Assembly (NCBI RefSeq): GCF_037042905.1
Contig: NC_087245.1
Coordinates: forward strand, 24,802,001 to 24,866,000
DNA length: 64,000 nucleotides
Direction: 5' to 3'
Source: Lytechinus pictus
Taxonomy: Eukaryota
Below, one piece after another: positions 52,124 through 64,000 of this stretch. The position numbers and the translations under genes are program-made. Under the pieces are notes generated by a model that searched no databases, had not been told where the DNA came from, and worked only from the letters and a program-made list of their open reading frames with translations. Within the stretch, counting starts at the first letter, position 1. Each line of letters starts with the position of its first letter.

Positions 52124-52430
52124 CTTGTAGATAGTCCTTGACCGAAAAAATCAGTCTATTTCGGTCAGGATCTGTGCTTCGCAAAAAATCAATTTTTTAA
52201 AACTCCTCCGAAACGGCAGATTTTTCAGTCTTAAGTCAAGTTTCAGAATACAGGCTACACGGTCAGTATTTTCGTGTCTCGTGATATTCTTGACTTCGAT
52301 TTTGGCTTTTTCGGGGGAACTCGGCGTGCGGAGGTACCAACTTCCGGTGCTTCAACACGGAATAGGCCAATCAGCGTTATTGTTCCCATCCAGATAGGGG
52401 AGAGATCAGTGGTTGGCCCAGATGTTTGCA
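52124..52430 (-). promoter_or_regulatory. Candidate promoter and minus-strand first exon
   Basis: CpG-enriched; ETS-like CTTCCGG (~52341), CCAAT box GGCCAATCAG (~52365); minus-strand donor CAAG|GTATTC at ~52123. Confidence 0.35.
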
Positions 52431-52561
52431 CCCAATTCAGAATTTTATAGGCACTGGTGTAAATTCAACCAACCCACCTATTGTTTAGAGGGTGTGGATC
52501 ATTGTGTCATCCCCCTACTTGAATAGCATGACGTCATTCAGTAGTGAATATTTACTCCTGT

Positions 52562-52675
52562 CAGTGGCGGACCGTGACCCGCAGGAGACAAAGCACTGGA
52601 GGGGCACTGCATTATTTGTGAACAATGCTGTGCCCCTCCAATGCTTTGTCTCCTCTGGGTCACGGTCCGCCACTG
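52562..52675. mobile_element. 114-bp hairpin hAT-like MITE
   Basis: Near-perfect palindrome CAGTGGCGGACCGTGACCC...GGGTCACGGTCCGCCACTG; perfect 8-bp TSD ACTCCTGT. Confidence 0.9.
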
Positions 52676-52707
52676 ACTCCTGTAGTTATTAGCCTTTTGA
52701 CAAGGCC

Positions 52708-53246
52708 CCCGGGGGGGCACTCGACCAAAAAAGTAGTGGGTATGTGCCGCAGGCGAGACAAAAAACGGGGGCCTTGGAGCGGGCTTATTGTAAAAAGGAG
52801 GGTCCTCGGAACGGGCTTCGGAACGACAAATGTTTGTGAAAACGGGGGTCCTTGGAACGGGTCGCTTGCGTGTGCATCCCTATGGAACGGGCATACGTGT
52901 ATAGGCAGCTAGCCAGCGGCACGGGCGCCGGGTGCGCTCGCGCAGAGGCGATGGTCGGACAGCGCTCAGCGGCCGCTTTTCACCAAAATTGCAGCTCATT
53001 GTGGCGGATCAATGCGACCGGAACGGCGTAACGAAAAATATGCGAAGCTTTGGAGCGGATTTCTTTCTTCTTTTCTCTCGATAAAAGAAAATGCTATGCT
53101 TCGGAGCGGCTTTCTTAGTTCTTTTTCTTAATAAGATGAAAATGCTATGCCCTGGAACGGAAATTTGAGTGTAAACATGGGGATCCCCTCCGCGGCACAT
53201 ACCCACTATGCATTATATACTGAGTGCCCCCCCCCCCCCCCCCGGG
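52708..53246. mobile_element. GC-rich MITE with CCCGGG termini
   Basis: TIRs CCCGGGGGGGCACTC / GAGTGCCCC..CCCGGG; perfect 8-bp TSD ACAAGGCC; internal GGAACGG/GGAGCGG repeats. Confidence 0.85.
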
Positions 53247-53737
53247 ACAAGGCCTTGTGACTTGGGCTATATACCTCGTCAAGTATAGTGGATGAGACGA
53301 AACTAGCGGTCCACGAAGGAAAATGGCACGACCTAGTCTAGTTTAGACGATTTCAAATGAATTCTATTCTCTGAGGCGACGTATCCTTAGTATCTTTCTG
53401 CCGATTTTTTTTTCGGCGGAAACGTTCTCGGATTTGCGCCCTCACTCGGCTTGGTCGTACGCACGGGATGGTACACGTTGCCTCTGAGAATAGAATTGAA
53501 ATCGTCGAGGACTATATAGACAAGATGTAAAGTTGCAGGTGTGGCGATATGCATTATCAACGACCTACATGCATGAAACGATTTGATTCGCGGACACATG
53601 AATCAAGATTTGGAATCCATGGATATTTTGCCACATTCTTGAGGGAATTTCTATTCCAACATGGAAGTACAGGAGAACTTAAAAATGCTCTGAAAAAAAA
53701 TATTTCGTCCCTCAATGTTTAATCATCTAGATCTACT

Positions 53738-53864
53738 ATGACCATGATCTGTGTTCGATGGATCGACGTTAAAGCGATAACTTTTCTTGGGGTCACCGTA
53801 TCTTTGATGATATATATTGTGATATTGAACTATGGATCTTCCGTTTTATTCAATTATCATATCG
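53738..53864 (+). CDS. Candidate first coding exon with a hydrophobic signal-anchor
   Basis: ATG at 53738 reads MTMICVRWIDVKAITFLGVTVSLMIYIVILNYGSSVLFNYHI up to the canonical donor G|GTAAGT. Confidence 0.4.
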
Positions 53865-55869
53865 GTAAGTTTTATTCATGGTATGTCTAAATTATTTGCA
53901 TGTGTGGAAATGTGTAGTTGCAATTTGTCTAAATAAAAAAATGTTCGGTAACGAAAAGGCAATAATATGAGCGACCGCCAACCGAGCAGAGAATTGGATT
54001 TCGTCACGGTCGGGGACATGGGAATGCATTTTCAGTAGGATCTTTAAACAATTTATTTTTAGATAAATCTATACGCTCCTATTTTGCCTCAACGGTTATC
54101 ATATTCAAGCGTCGAGCAAATATCCCATAATGATGGTTCTACCGCGTCGGCCCCATGTAAATGACATGATGATTCGTTTAAGGTCAAGTCCGCCTCAACC
54201 AAATGTGACTACACAGAAAAATGATACAAACGTAATGTTGAAAATGTCATCAAGATCAGATGTAAACATCGTGATATTTAAATGTTTTGCTTATTTTCAC
54301 AAAATAGTTAAATGCCCAACACAGATAATATGCAAATGAATATGTGATGATAGCATACCATATGAATTGTATGTTTTGTTGTTTGATTGTAAATATTTAC
54401 CTTAACCTTGAAAGGGCTGCATGGGCTATTTGAGATGTAATGAGGACTGGGGCATGATGCCCCCCCCCCCCCCTTCTGATATCGGCCGCCGTTTGCGTGA
54501 TTGCGTCGAAATTTGGCATGCACATTCTTTACAACATAAACTACAAGCCAGTATTTAAAAAGTCCGAAAATACATATCATTTCATATATCATGAATAAAA
54601 TATGCAAATTTATCGTGAAAAATATAATTTGCATACTTAACATCCAGTTTCATTTCAATTTTTTTTTGTCATCGTTGTTAAAATATTTAAAGATTTCCAC
54701 AAAGAAAAATTGCGAAAGCCAAATTTGTCCGTATGTATTTCATTGTTTTTTCATCTTTTGTTTGTCATTGTTTTTTATGGAAATTTTTACAGAACGTTTA
54801 ACAACTAAATCAAACCCTAAATCAATTAAGCAGACCAATTAGAATGAAAAATAATCACCCTTTTATGAATTTCATCTCCCGTAGACTTTGTACACAAAGT
54901 ATAAAAATTAGCCATTTTCGGTAAGACATTCCGCCCTTTCACACGGTAAAAAATCGTAATTTGAATGACGATTCCAGTGAAAAATAAAGATAATGACGAA
55001 CATTTAGCACGTGTGAAACCAAACTAGTACATGAGTAGAATCACAAACGCTAATCACAGTCACAATTACAAAAGTAATCATATCAATTACAATAATGATT
55101 CAAGATTCACGTGTGAAAAGGCACATTGTCTTCTAAAAAGTCACGTGGCGTCGCGACATAACTGTACATTACGAATTTGGTCTCAAAAGTTGCGCGAGAC
55201 TTAAAAAAAAAGCCATAAAATTTTGCGGCTCTGTCTTTTCGCGTTTCGGAAATATCGCGCGAAGCGTTGAGGGGCCCATTATGGCCCCTAATCCTTTTTA
55301 GGGTTTGAGACATCTTAATTATATTTTTATGATTTTCTATACCATCAAATTTATGCAAATGATTTAGTATATGGCGATGACGCTATCAACTATACCATGA
55401 CATTGATGAATATAGTAAGTACATGTGATATGTTTTATGAGGACCATTAACATCATGTATTAGTTTGTTTCTTATGGGAATTTTAATATTATTTATCTGT
55501 TTATTTATTTATTTTATTCATTTGTTTATTTATTATTCATTTATTCATTTACTTTTTTTTTTCTTTTTTTTTGTTTGATTTTTTGTGGGGGTCCCGGGCA
55601 AACTATATTTAGGTTTATAACATAATGAACAATTTTTTGACAATCTTACCATTACTTCACTTTATTTTTTCTTACATTGAATGTGAAACTATTTTTCGTA
55701 TTATATATGTTCAAATTTTTATTTTCACAGTGAGTTTTTTTATTATATCAAGCCTAATTTACAAACTTTCATTATTAATGAATACAACTCGGAAGAAACG
55801 AGCTTTAATGTTTTTTTTCTTCAAGGGCAGACCCTGTGTTAAATAATAAAACTACAATTTTGTTTGCAG

Positions 55870-55959
55870 GTATCAAGAAGATTCGCAGAGCTATCATTAG
55901 GAGTTAGCATGAGAATAGCTATCACAAAGTTTATCATCCTAGATACTGACAATCCTATG
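55870..55959 (+). CDS. ADAMTS-like metalloprotease-domain exon (90 bp, phase 0-0)
   Basis: Acceptor TTTTGTTTGCAG, donor GTAAGT; only one open frame, VSRRFAELSLGVSMRIAITKFIILDTDNPM, which aligns without gaps to the recalled ADAMTS pattern VxxLYxDxSLGxxxNIxVxRLIxLxxDQP. Confidence 0.6.
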
Positions 55960-57985
55960 GTAAGTATATGAAAATATCATTTAATAGTAACTTAATCATC
56001 ATTGCATTTGGGAAAGAGAATAAACAAGACAAAATTTAGCGCGAGGACTGGGACCTTGCGTTCATAAACATATTAAAGTTTAACATTCACAACAACCCTT
56101 GTAAACACTGTCTACCTATTAATGCATCAACAATCCCACACTTTTACGATCCGGTATATAACCATGATGACACTTGCTCCTGCGACAAATTGCTCCTGAA
56201 ACTGAACTTCAAACCTTACCCTATTAATCCTAATCAACATATGATACTTAATTTTTTTTAAATAGTCTTAATGACCAGGCTAAAATATATTTAATTGATT
56301 TCAGTTCAAAAAAAAAAACATTTGCATTGGCCTTTGAGGATCGAATAATGAAAAATACATCAAAATAAGTCATGACAAAAATATCTTCGATGTAGGCATT
56401 TATTTTGATGCTCTTGATTTGTTTTGAATCGATTGTATAAAACTTGTTTCAGACGGACGCCCAATTGAAATTTATAATTGCAACATCGCCTTGTTTTCTG
56501 AACTTCCTCCCATGTGAAAGTTCTATACAGGGACACTAGTGACTGATAGGTCATCACGCCCTCTCTCGTCTCGTGAGGGTTGTATTTATACCGATGATTT
56601 GAAAGATGTTTTGTAATGAGTCTAGACAGATTCCATGTGGTAAATTATTGGTTATTCCTCCAATGATTGATTTAATCAGGTTGAGTTAAAAGAGAATCAT
56701 ACGCCTTGATACTCAATTATAGATACTCTAATCTTATTCTATTAAGTTCAAAATCAATTTATGGTAAATCACCAATCATGTATATACATATAATTTCACG
56801 AATAAGGCAATGATGATTATTGCTATTAACAGAAAAAATATTGGCCCGTTGCTCAAAGGGTTGGGATTTATCACAACTGGATTTTCAACCAATGTAAGAA
56901 CCACGTATTCTGGGATTAATGCTTGTTTTATAAAAGTTGCTACATGTCTGTAGGGATTTTACATAATTATAAAAGGTCAGAATCCTGTTTACAAACAAAA
57001 CTTTTTACATCTGCTGACCAGGCTCTGTGAACGCCTTTTCTAATCTATTTCGTAATTCTGTTATGAGAATAAGAAAATAAATTGCTTCTCTCTATTCTTT
57101 ACTTACCTCCTAATTCAAAATAGAAACATAAAATATACACTATATTTTTTCCTCAGAGAAACATTCTTTATATTTACTCCAGCGTGCAATAAAGGATCGA
57201 AATGAATTATATCTAGAGATGGAATTATAGAATTTTATGACAACATTATTTTTTTATTTTTTTCTTCCATGATACAGCATGTAAGCAATCCATTACCGTT
57301 AATCATGTTTTAAAACATGACTGAGAAATGCAGAGGTTCAAGGGAAAATAATTATATTAAAAACTCTAATAAAGACGATATCTCTTCAAAATCGTAAATT
57401 GCGAATAATCAACGGCATACATTTTTAATAATAACCAATATATTTTGCAGTGTTGTTGCGGGTCGCGACAAAGAAAAGTGATCAAAATAATACTGGCCAA
57501 ATACCTCGCAAATAAATTATTTTATCAGATTGAGGTTGAGAGTATTCTAACGAAGAAGTTTTATCGTCTTTATGTGAGTTAAAACCAACGGACGTAGAGG
57601 GCAGCAACACATAAGCTTCAAGGCCCTATATAAACAAGGTTGCGACAACAGGGGTCAAACGTCAAATTTGAAGGGTCTCGAATAGTTCCAACCGGGCCTT
57701 TTTGTCGACTGCTACCATTGGAAATGCGTGCAAAGTTTTGAATCATTTTTTTATAATTATATCGGAAATAGACATTAGAAATGTATTTTTACGCTGCACA
57801 TTCATACCAATTAGCGACCACCTAAATTTATCAAATTTGTACGAGATTATAACAAAATACGTGAAATATCGTTGAGTTGAAAAATGGCAACCGAGACCGA
57901 GTTCGTCGCAAGCCGTAAATGCTCACTGCTGCTGGTAGCGAGCGGGACGCGACGCTGCACTAATTTTCCCCGGAACTGTCGAGCC

Positions 57986-60900
57986 TATGAGGCGCCGAAT
58001 GTACCAATATTATATAGAACAATTATTTGTTATATAATCATTATTTATTAAATAATAACTATTATTTATATATAATTTACATTTTATTTGTAAATAACTA
58101 CTATTATATAAAATATCATTTCTAATTATTTATATATAATTCCAAGTAATACTTCATTATTTGTAAATAATAATAGTTCGACATTCCATTATTTATAAAT
58201 AATGATTATTTGTTTTTCATTATTTATAAATAATGATTATTTGTTTTTCATTATTTATAAATAATGATTATTTGTTTTTCATTATTTATAAATAATGATT
58301 ATTTGTTTTTCATTATTTATAAATAATGATTATTTGTTTTTCATTATTTACAAATAATGATTATTTGTTTTTCATTATTTATAAATAATGATTATTTGTT
58401 TTTCATTATTTATAAATAATTTGTTGAGTTTTCCATTATTTATAAATAATGATTATTTGTTAAATAATGAAAACGTCTACTTCATTATTTATAAATAATT
58501 TTTTCGAGTGCACCATTATTCTCATTATTTATAAATAATCATTATTTAATGTTCGAGTTTTCCATTATTTATAAATAAAGATTATTTGTTAAATAATGAA
58601 ATATCTACTTCATTATTTATAAATAATAATTTTGTTTCAATATCCCATTATTTATAAATAATCATTATTTATAAACAATTTTTACAGTTTGCCATTATAT
58701 ACAAATAATCATTATTTATATACAAATAACCATTATTTATTAAATAATGCCATTATTTATTAAATAATGGAAAACTCGCTATAACATGCAAATGTGGGAC
58801 CGCCCATGATATGAATATTCATGATGCGATTTCCTTTTTCGTGATTTTTCTTCACAAATTTTTGTCCATTTCCTCTTCATAATGACATTTCTTGAAGCAA
58901 TTTTCTAGGGATATGGTCTGATTGTAATATTCTTCATTTTCTATATAACTTCGTCTTCGTAGAAATATCAAAAAGTGTAATTTTATACGATTTTTCCTAC
59001 AGTTCACAATCCCCATAGGCGCGCGTGTACGGTAGGGACAACCGGTGAATCGACGGAGTGCTCTTCATCGAAATACTACGTTGGTTGGTCCCCGGAAGTG
59101 GCGGGCGGAATTTAGCCCGAATCCTCGATGGAAGTCGATCAAGTGCATATGAGCTGAGAGAGTGAAATATCAGTGTACTTGTACAGGCCCTTCTACTTTT
59201 TATAAATATTTCTTGTTGCTTTTTTTGTTAAGTTAATTTTTCCTGGTGTAGAAATAAGTTTCAGTTCTAATAATGCACTTCAAATACATTTTGGAGTGTC
59301 TGTTTGAGGCGTTTGGGGCGATTTCACCCTGGCCCCAAAATGCTCGCAACGACAATACGGGGGCATGATGACCCCTAATTTTTTAAAAACTTATTTTTCT
59401 ATTGAAAATTATCACAAAATTCACCAAAAGTGTGCACGAAAGCCTTCGTATTTCACTTTTAAAACTCCAAAAAGTGCCCAAATGACAAGCTTGGTCGCTT
59501 CGCTGTGTCGCTTTCAACTTGAGAACGTTTACGCGTCTGCTTCCCCCCCCCCCCCCCTCCTCCGAAAGAAATTCTGTATACGGCCATGCTCTAAAGAGCC
59601 TGGCACATTGATTTATGTATACTTCATTTTCATTATTTTTATCTCATTATCATCATGGCCTTACGTAGAATTTTTTCCGGGGGGGGGGGGGTGGGGGGAG
59701 CAGGACGCGCGTAAACTTTCTCATAAAAATCTTGAGAAAGCGAAGCGACCAAGCTTGTCATTTGAGCTTGGTCGCGTCGCTGTCTCGCTTTCAAGATTTT
59801 TTTGAGAAACTTTACGCGCGTCCTAGCTGCCCCCCCCCCCCCCCCCGGTAAAAATTCTGTGTAAGGCCATGATGATAATGAGATAAAAATAATGAAAATG
59901 AAAAGTACATATAAATCAATGTGCCATATGCTCTTTTGAGCATGGCTGTTCACAGAATTTCTTTCGGGGGGTGGGGGCAGACGCGTGTAAACGTTCTCAA
60001 GTTGAAAGCGACACAGCGAAGCGACCAAGCTTGTCATTTGGGCACTTTTTGGAGTTTTAAAAGTGAAATACGAAGGCTTTCGTGCACACTTTTGGTGAAT
60101 TTTGTGATAATTTTCAATAGAAAAATAAGTTTTTAAAAAATTAGGGGTCATCATGCCCCCGTATTGTCGTTGCGAGCATTTTGGGGCCAGGGTGAAATCG
60201 CCCCAAACGCCTCAAACAGACACTCCAAAATGTATTTGAAGTGCATTATTAGAACTGAAACTTATTTCTACACCAGGAAAAATTAACTTAACAAAAAAAG
60301 CAACAAGAAATATTTATAAAAAGTAGAAGGGCCTGTACAAGTACACTGATATTTCACTCTCTCAGCTCATATGCACTTGATCGACTTCCATCGAGGATTC
60401 GGGCTAAATTCCGCCCGCCACTTCCGGGGACCAACCAACGTAGTATTTCGATGAAGAGCACTCCGTCGATTCACCGGTTGTCCCTACCGTACACGCGCGC
60501 CTATGGGGATTGTGAACTGTAGGAAAAATCGTATAAAATTACACTTTTTGATATTTCTACGAAGACGAAGTTATATAGAAAATGAAGAATATTACAATCA
60601 GACCATATCCCTAGAAAATTGCTTCAAGAAATGTCATTATGAAGAGGAAATGGACAAAAATTTGTGAAGAAAAATCACGAAAAAGGAAATCGCATCATGA
60701 ATATTCATATCATGGGCGGTCCCACATTTGCATGTTATAGCGAGTTTTCCATTATTTAATAAATAATGGCATTATTTAATAAATAATGGCATTATTTAAT
60801 AAATAATGCCATTATTTATTAAATAATGATTATTTGTATATAAATAATGATTATTTGTATATAATGGCAAACTGTAAAAATTGTTTATAAATAATGATTA

Positions 60901-61542
60901 TTTATAAATAATGGGATATTGAAACAAAATTATTATTTATAAATAATGAAGTAGATATTTCATTATTTAACAAATAATCTTTATTTATAAATAATGGAAA
61001 ACTCGAACATTAAATAATGATTATTTATAAATAATGAGAATAATGGTGCACTCGAAAAAATTATTTATAAATAATGAAGTAGACGTTTTCATTATTTAAC
61101 AAATAATCATTATTTATAAATAATGGAAAACTCAACAAATTATTTATAAATAATGAAAAACAAATAATCATTATTTATAAATAATGAAAAACAAATAATC
61201 ATTATTTATAAATAATGAAAAACAAATAATCATTATTTGTAAATAATGAAAAACAAATAATCATTATTTATAAATAATGAAAAACAAATAATCATTATTT
61301 ATAAATAATGAAAAACAAATAATCATTATTTATAAATAATGGAATGTCGAACTATTATTATTTACAAATAATGAAGTATTACTTGGAATTATATATAAAT
61401 AATTAGAAATGATATTTTATATGATAGTAGTTATTTACAAATAAAATGTAAATTATATATAAATAATAGTTATTATTTAATAAATAATGATTATATAACA
61501 AATAATTGTTCTATATAATATTGGTACATTCGGCGCCTCATA
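57986..61542. mobile_element. 3.56-kb palindromic (foldback) DNA element, IS3EU-like ends
   Basis: Two ~1.77-kb inverted arms centred near 59760; termini TATGAGGCGCCGAATG / CATTCGGCGCCTCATA; 6-bp TSD CGAGCC; subterminal 31-bp AT arrays. Confidence 0.9.
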
Positions 61543-62687
61543 CGAGCCGGATGTAAGGTTCTGCTGGTCCCCCACGGGTCGTTTTGAGAGCGAAAGGTGA
61601 GATGTATGTGGTGCCATAAATACTAGTTTCATATCCTAAATTCTTATTGTAGATTTTGTGCCGTTGTAAATTAAGCTGATCTTAATTTTTTATACAAGAG
61701 AGCTCAAAAACATGATTGATTTGAGCATATCTTTGACTTTGTGCTTTTGTCTTTGACTGAGTTTGACTTTGACTGTGAGAATTGTGTGAGAATTGATTTT
61801 TTTTTAATTTCTGATATTTAAACAGGCCACAGGGTGGCACATATCATCAACTTGGTGGTCTTCCATGTGACCCTATTAACAAAAAAGAGCAGCAAAAAAA
61901 TATTACGACTACTAGATCTAAATAGGCAAGTCTAATTAAGAACAAGATCAGATAGACCTATAATACCACATAGATCTAGATCTACATGCAGTGAGTTATA
62001 AATAAACATGACAAAATACAGGCAAAAAATGTATGCAAAGATGTTATAAGAAAGGTAATTGGTATCCTTGGGAATTACGTTCATTTGATAATCAACTTTG
62101 ACAGTTAGAATCAAATTTGTGAATTTAGATTTTGAAGATGAAACATATATTGCCTATTATTTGGTGGAAAGTGAGATAAGTGAGATATTCACTTTCACAA
62201 ACTTTATTTTTAATTAGAACAAAATTAATTTCAAGAATTCAATTTATTTTGGGGCAAAGGCATAAGATGAATTTACAACCAGGACTGTACCAAATAATGA
62301 AGCATTTATCCAGTTTAGATCAAAAGAACATAAAAAAGAAAGTAAATAAATAAATACTTATTCATTTCAATCACCACACAGCACAGGGGTTACTAACTGA
62401 GGATAAGGTTAGGTTATGTCATAACCTTTTACTTTGGATAAGTGGTCTTGTCAGTTGTCACCAGAATTACAAAAGTCTAGAGCTAGTAATAGTAGTATCC
62501 CCTTATATTCCTATCGCTACATAATTTTTTATAGCATTCTTAATAATTCTACCCTTTATGCCCTGTAAAAACATACCATGGTGTTCTTTGGATTTTATAC
62601 CACTTACATTATAATCATGCCTTACATACTTGTACCTCGGTGCTCTCGAGATTAACATGCCTTATTTTATTTTCATATATGATACAG

Positions 62688-62753
62688 GCCAGGGTTATCC
62701 TTATAGTTGCCACCGTGATGTAAAACTATTCCGAAGGCAAGTGAAATACCCAG
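62688..62753 (+). other. Candidate 66-bp internal exon
   Basis: Acceptor TTTATTTTCATATATGATACAG and donor CAG|GTAGGC; downstream of the donor at ~61598. Confidence 0.35.
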
Positions 62754-63192
62754 GTAGGCCTAGTACAGTACTAGACCAAAAGCATCAGTCTCTGTATTTG
62801 GTTGTTTCGCTGAACTGCGTTGGCTTCTCTCACTTAGTAAAATGTCAGAAATTGTTAAATAAATCCCCAGAAACGACGGTTATTCCTGTCTAGCCTAGTA
62901 CCGATTTGGCTATAAACTCTTTGTTGTGTACTGGGTGAGTTCAATTCTCCCGAGGCATATTCGAACATCATTGACCACTAGGTCTATGATAACCCTAAAT
63001 GCTTTCATGGTGTCAGTACATGGACAAATGAGTTTAGTAATCCAGTTGGTTTGCATGTAGCTTCCTTTTTTTTATTATTTCATTTCTGCACTGCCAATAT
63101 TTTGCCCATTTTCTAGACCAAAAAGCTCCAATATCTGTACCATCTCAGATGTTGTAACTTCTGGAGGTTTCCATGGCGAAGAAGAATAGTGT

Positions 63193-63425
63193 AGCAGAAC
63201 AACATCTGAGATAGTGTAGTAGGTTTCATGGTATACCATGTATCTTTCTCGGGCAAATGTTGGTCCTGAAAAGGACCACCCAATCTCGACGTTTCAACAA
63301 GTGTGTTCTTATTGTCCTCAGGAGAATGATGAGATTGGGTGGTCCTTTTCAGGACCAACATTAGCCCAAGAAAGATGCATGGTGTACCGTGAAACCTACT
63401 GCACTATCTCAGATGTTGTTCTGCT
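63193..63425 (-). mobile_element. Hairpin element with a Penelope-type minimal hammerhead motif in its loop
   Basis: ~95-bp inverted arms; minus-strand loop CTC-CTGAGGA-CAATAAGAACACACTTGTT-GAAACGTC-GAG. Confidence 0.65.
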
Positions 63426-63729
63426 TTGATTGGCTCCACTTACTCTACTGGTATACATAGTAGTCCTGGTAGCACTACATACGATTAATTACAAATGTAT
63501 GAAGTTTTCAAATAAATCACCATAACTGACAACCTGTCTACCAATTTTCATGTTCTACACTTAACAAACCAGGGTTAGAAATGTAATCAATTGCATCCTA
63601 AGTTGATCTCTGTTGTCTCCATTCCAATTTTTACCAAAAAACAAGTCCAAATATGCTTACCAAGAATGCTTATAGCATTTCCATAGTCTTAGTTCTATTT
63701 ACTTATTTAGGATAGAAGAGCTCTGTTGT

Positions 63730-63825
63730 TTAAATACATTGCTCAAGGGATAGGTTTTGTGGCCGGGGATCGAACGCCAGACTTTTGTGTGTCTAGTTAG
63801 GCTCCTTAGACTATGCGGCCAAAGT
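63730..63825 (-). mobile_element. Degenerate tRNA-derived SINE head
   Basis: Minus strand TGGCCGCATAG...GCGTTCGATCCCCGGCC resembles boxes A and B. Confidence 0.5.
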
Positions 63826-64000
63826 CTGATGTGCAAACCCTTCACTCGAGTTCAGGGTCTAAATGTGCAGCCTACTCATGCCTTGCATACTGAAAGCCCT
63901 CTTGCTCAGACAGCAAATTTTGTAAAAAGTGCTAGTTTTTGCGTGGAGACACACTTGTTGAACAAGTTTCAATCGGTTTGTGCCTGCTGACTAATGCGAC

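Noticed and set aside
54403..55304. Possible piggyBac-like MITE
   Set aside because: Ends are too degenerate (TTAACCTTG / AGGGTTTGA) to support TIRs or a TSD.
57450..57615. Possible next ADAMTS exon (YSNEEVLSSLCELK)
   Set aside because: In-frame stops upstream and no matching acceptor; similarity too weak.
59365..60154. Pair of convergent similar ORFs (146 and 171 aa)
   Set aside because: Mirror images produced by the palindrome, with frame differences in homopolymer runs and no transposase motifs.

Overview
AT-rich, repeat-dense animal genomic DNA; the repeat styles suggest an echinoderm such as a sea urchin (inference). The only long ORF is a 1018-aa endonuclease/reverse-transcriptase ORF2 of a CR1-group LINE (37222-40278, minus strand). 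It lies at the centre of a ~10-kb concentric nest of TIR elements (35968-45943, 8-bp TSD GAATGGAC), and its ATG comes from the TIR of the element it inserted into. Other structures: three satellite arrays (~3.6-7.6 kb, 9.3-14.8 kb, 17.6-20.6 kb); a HINE-satellite-HINE composite; four tandem modules (~15.0-26.8 kb) that each carry a long imperfect hairpin with compensatory substitutions next to a minus-strand splice donor; a ~2-kb unit tandemly repeated four times (30.1-48.9 kb); many MITEs with readable TSDs; tRNA-derived SINEs; an isolated ADAMTS-like exon; a 3.56-kb near-perfect palindromic element with a 6-bp TSD inside a probable 5' exon; and a hairpin element whose loop holds a minimal hammerhead ribozyme motif. 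Almost all short ORFs in the track are repeat or low-complexity artefacts. Coordinates were counted by eye, and family assignments are inferences not backed by database searches.
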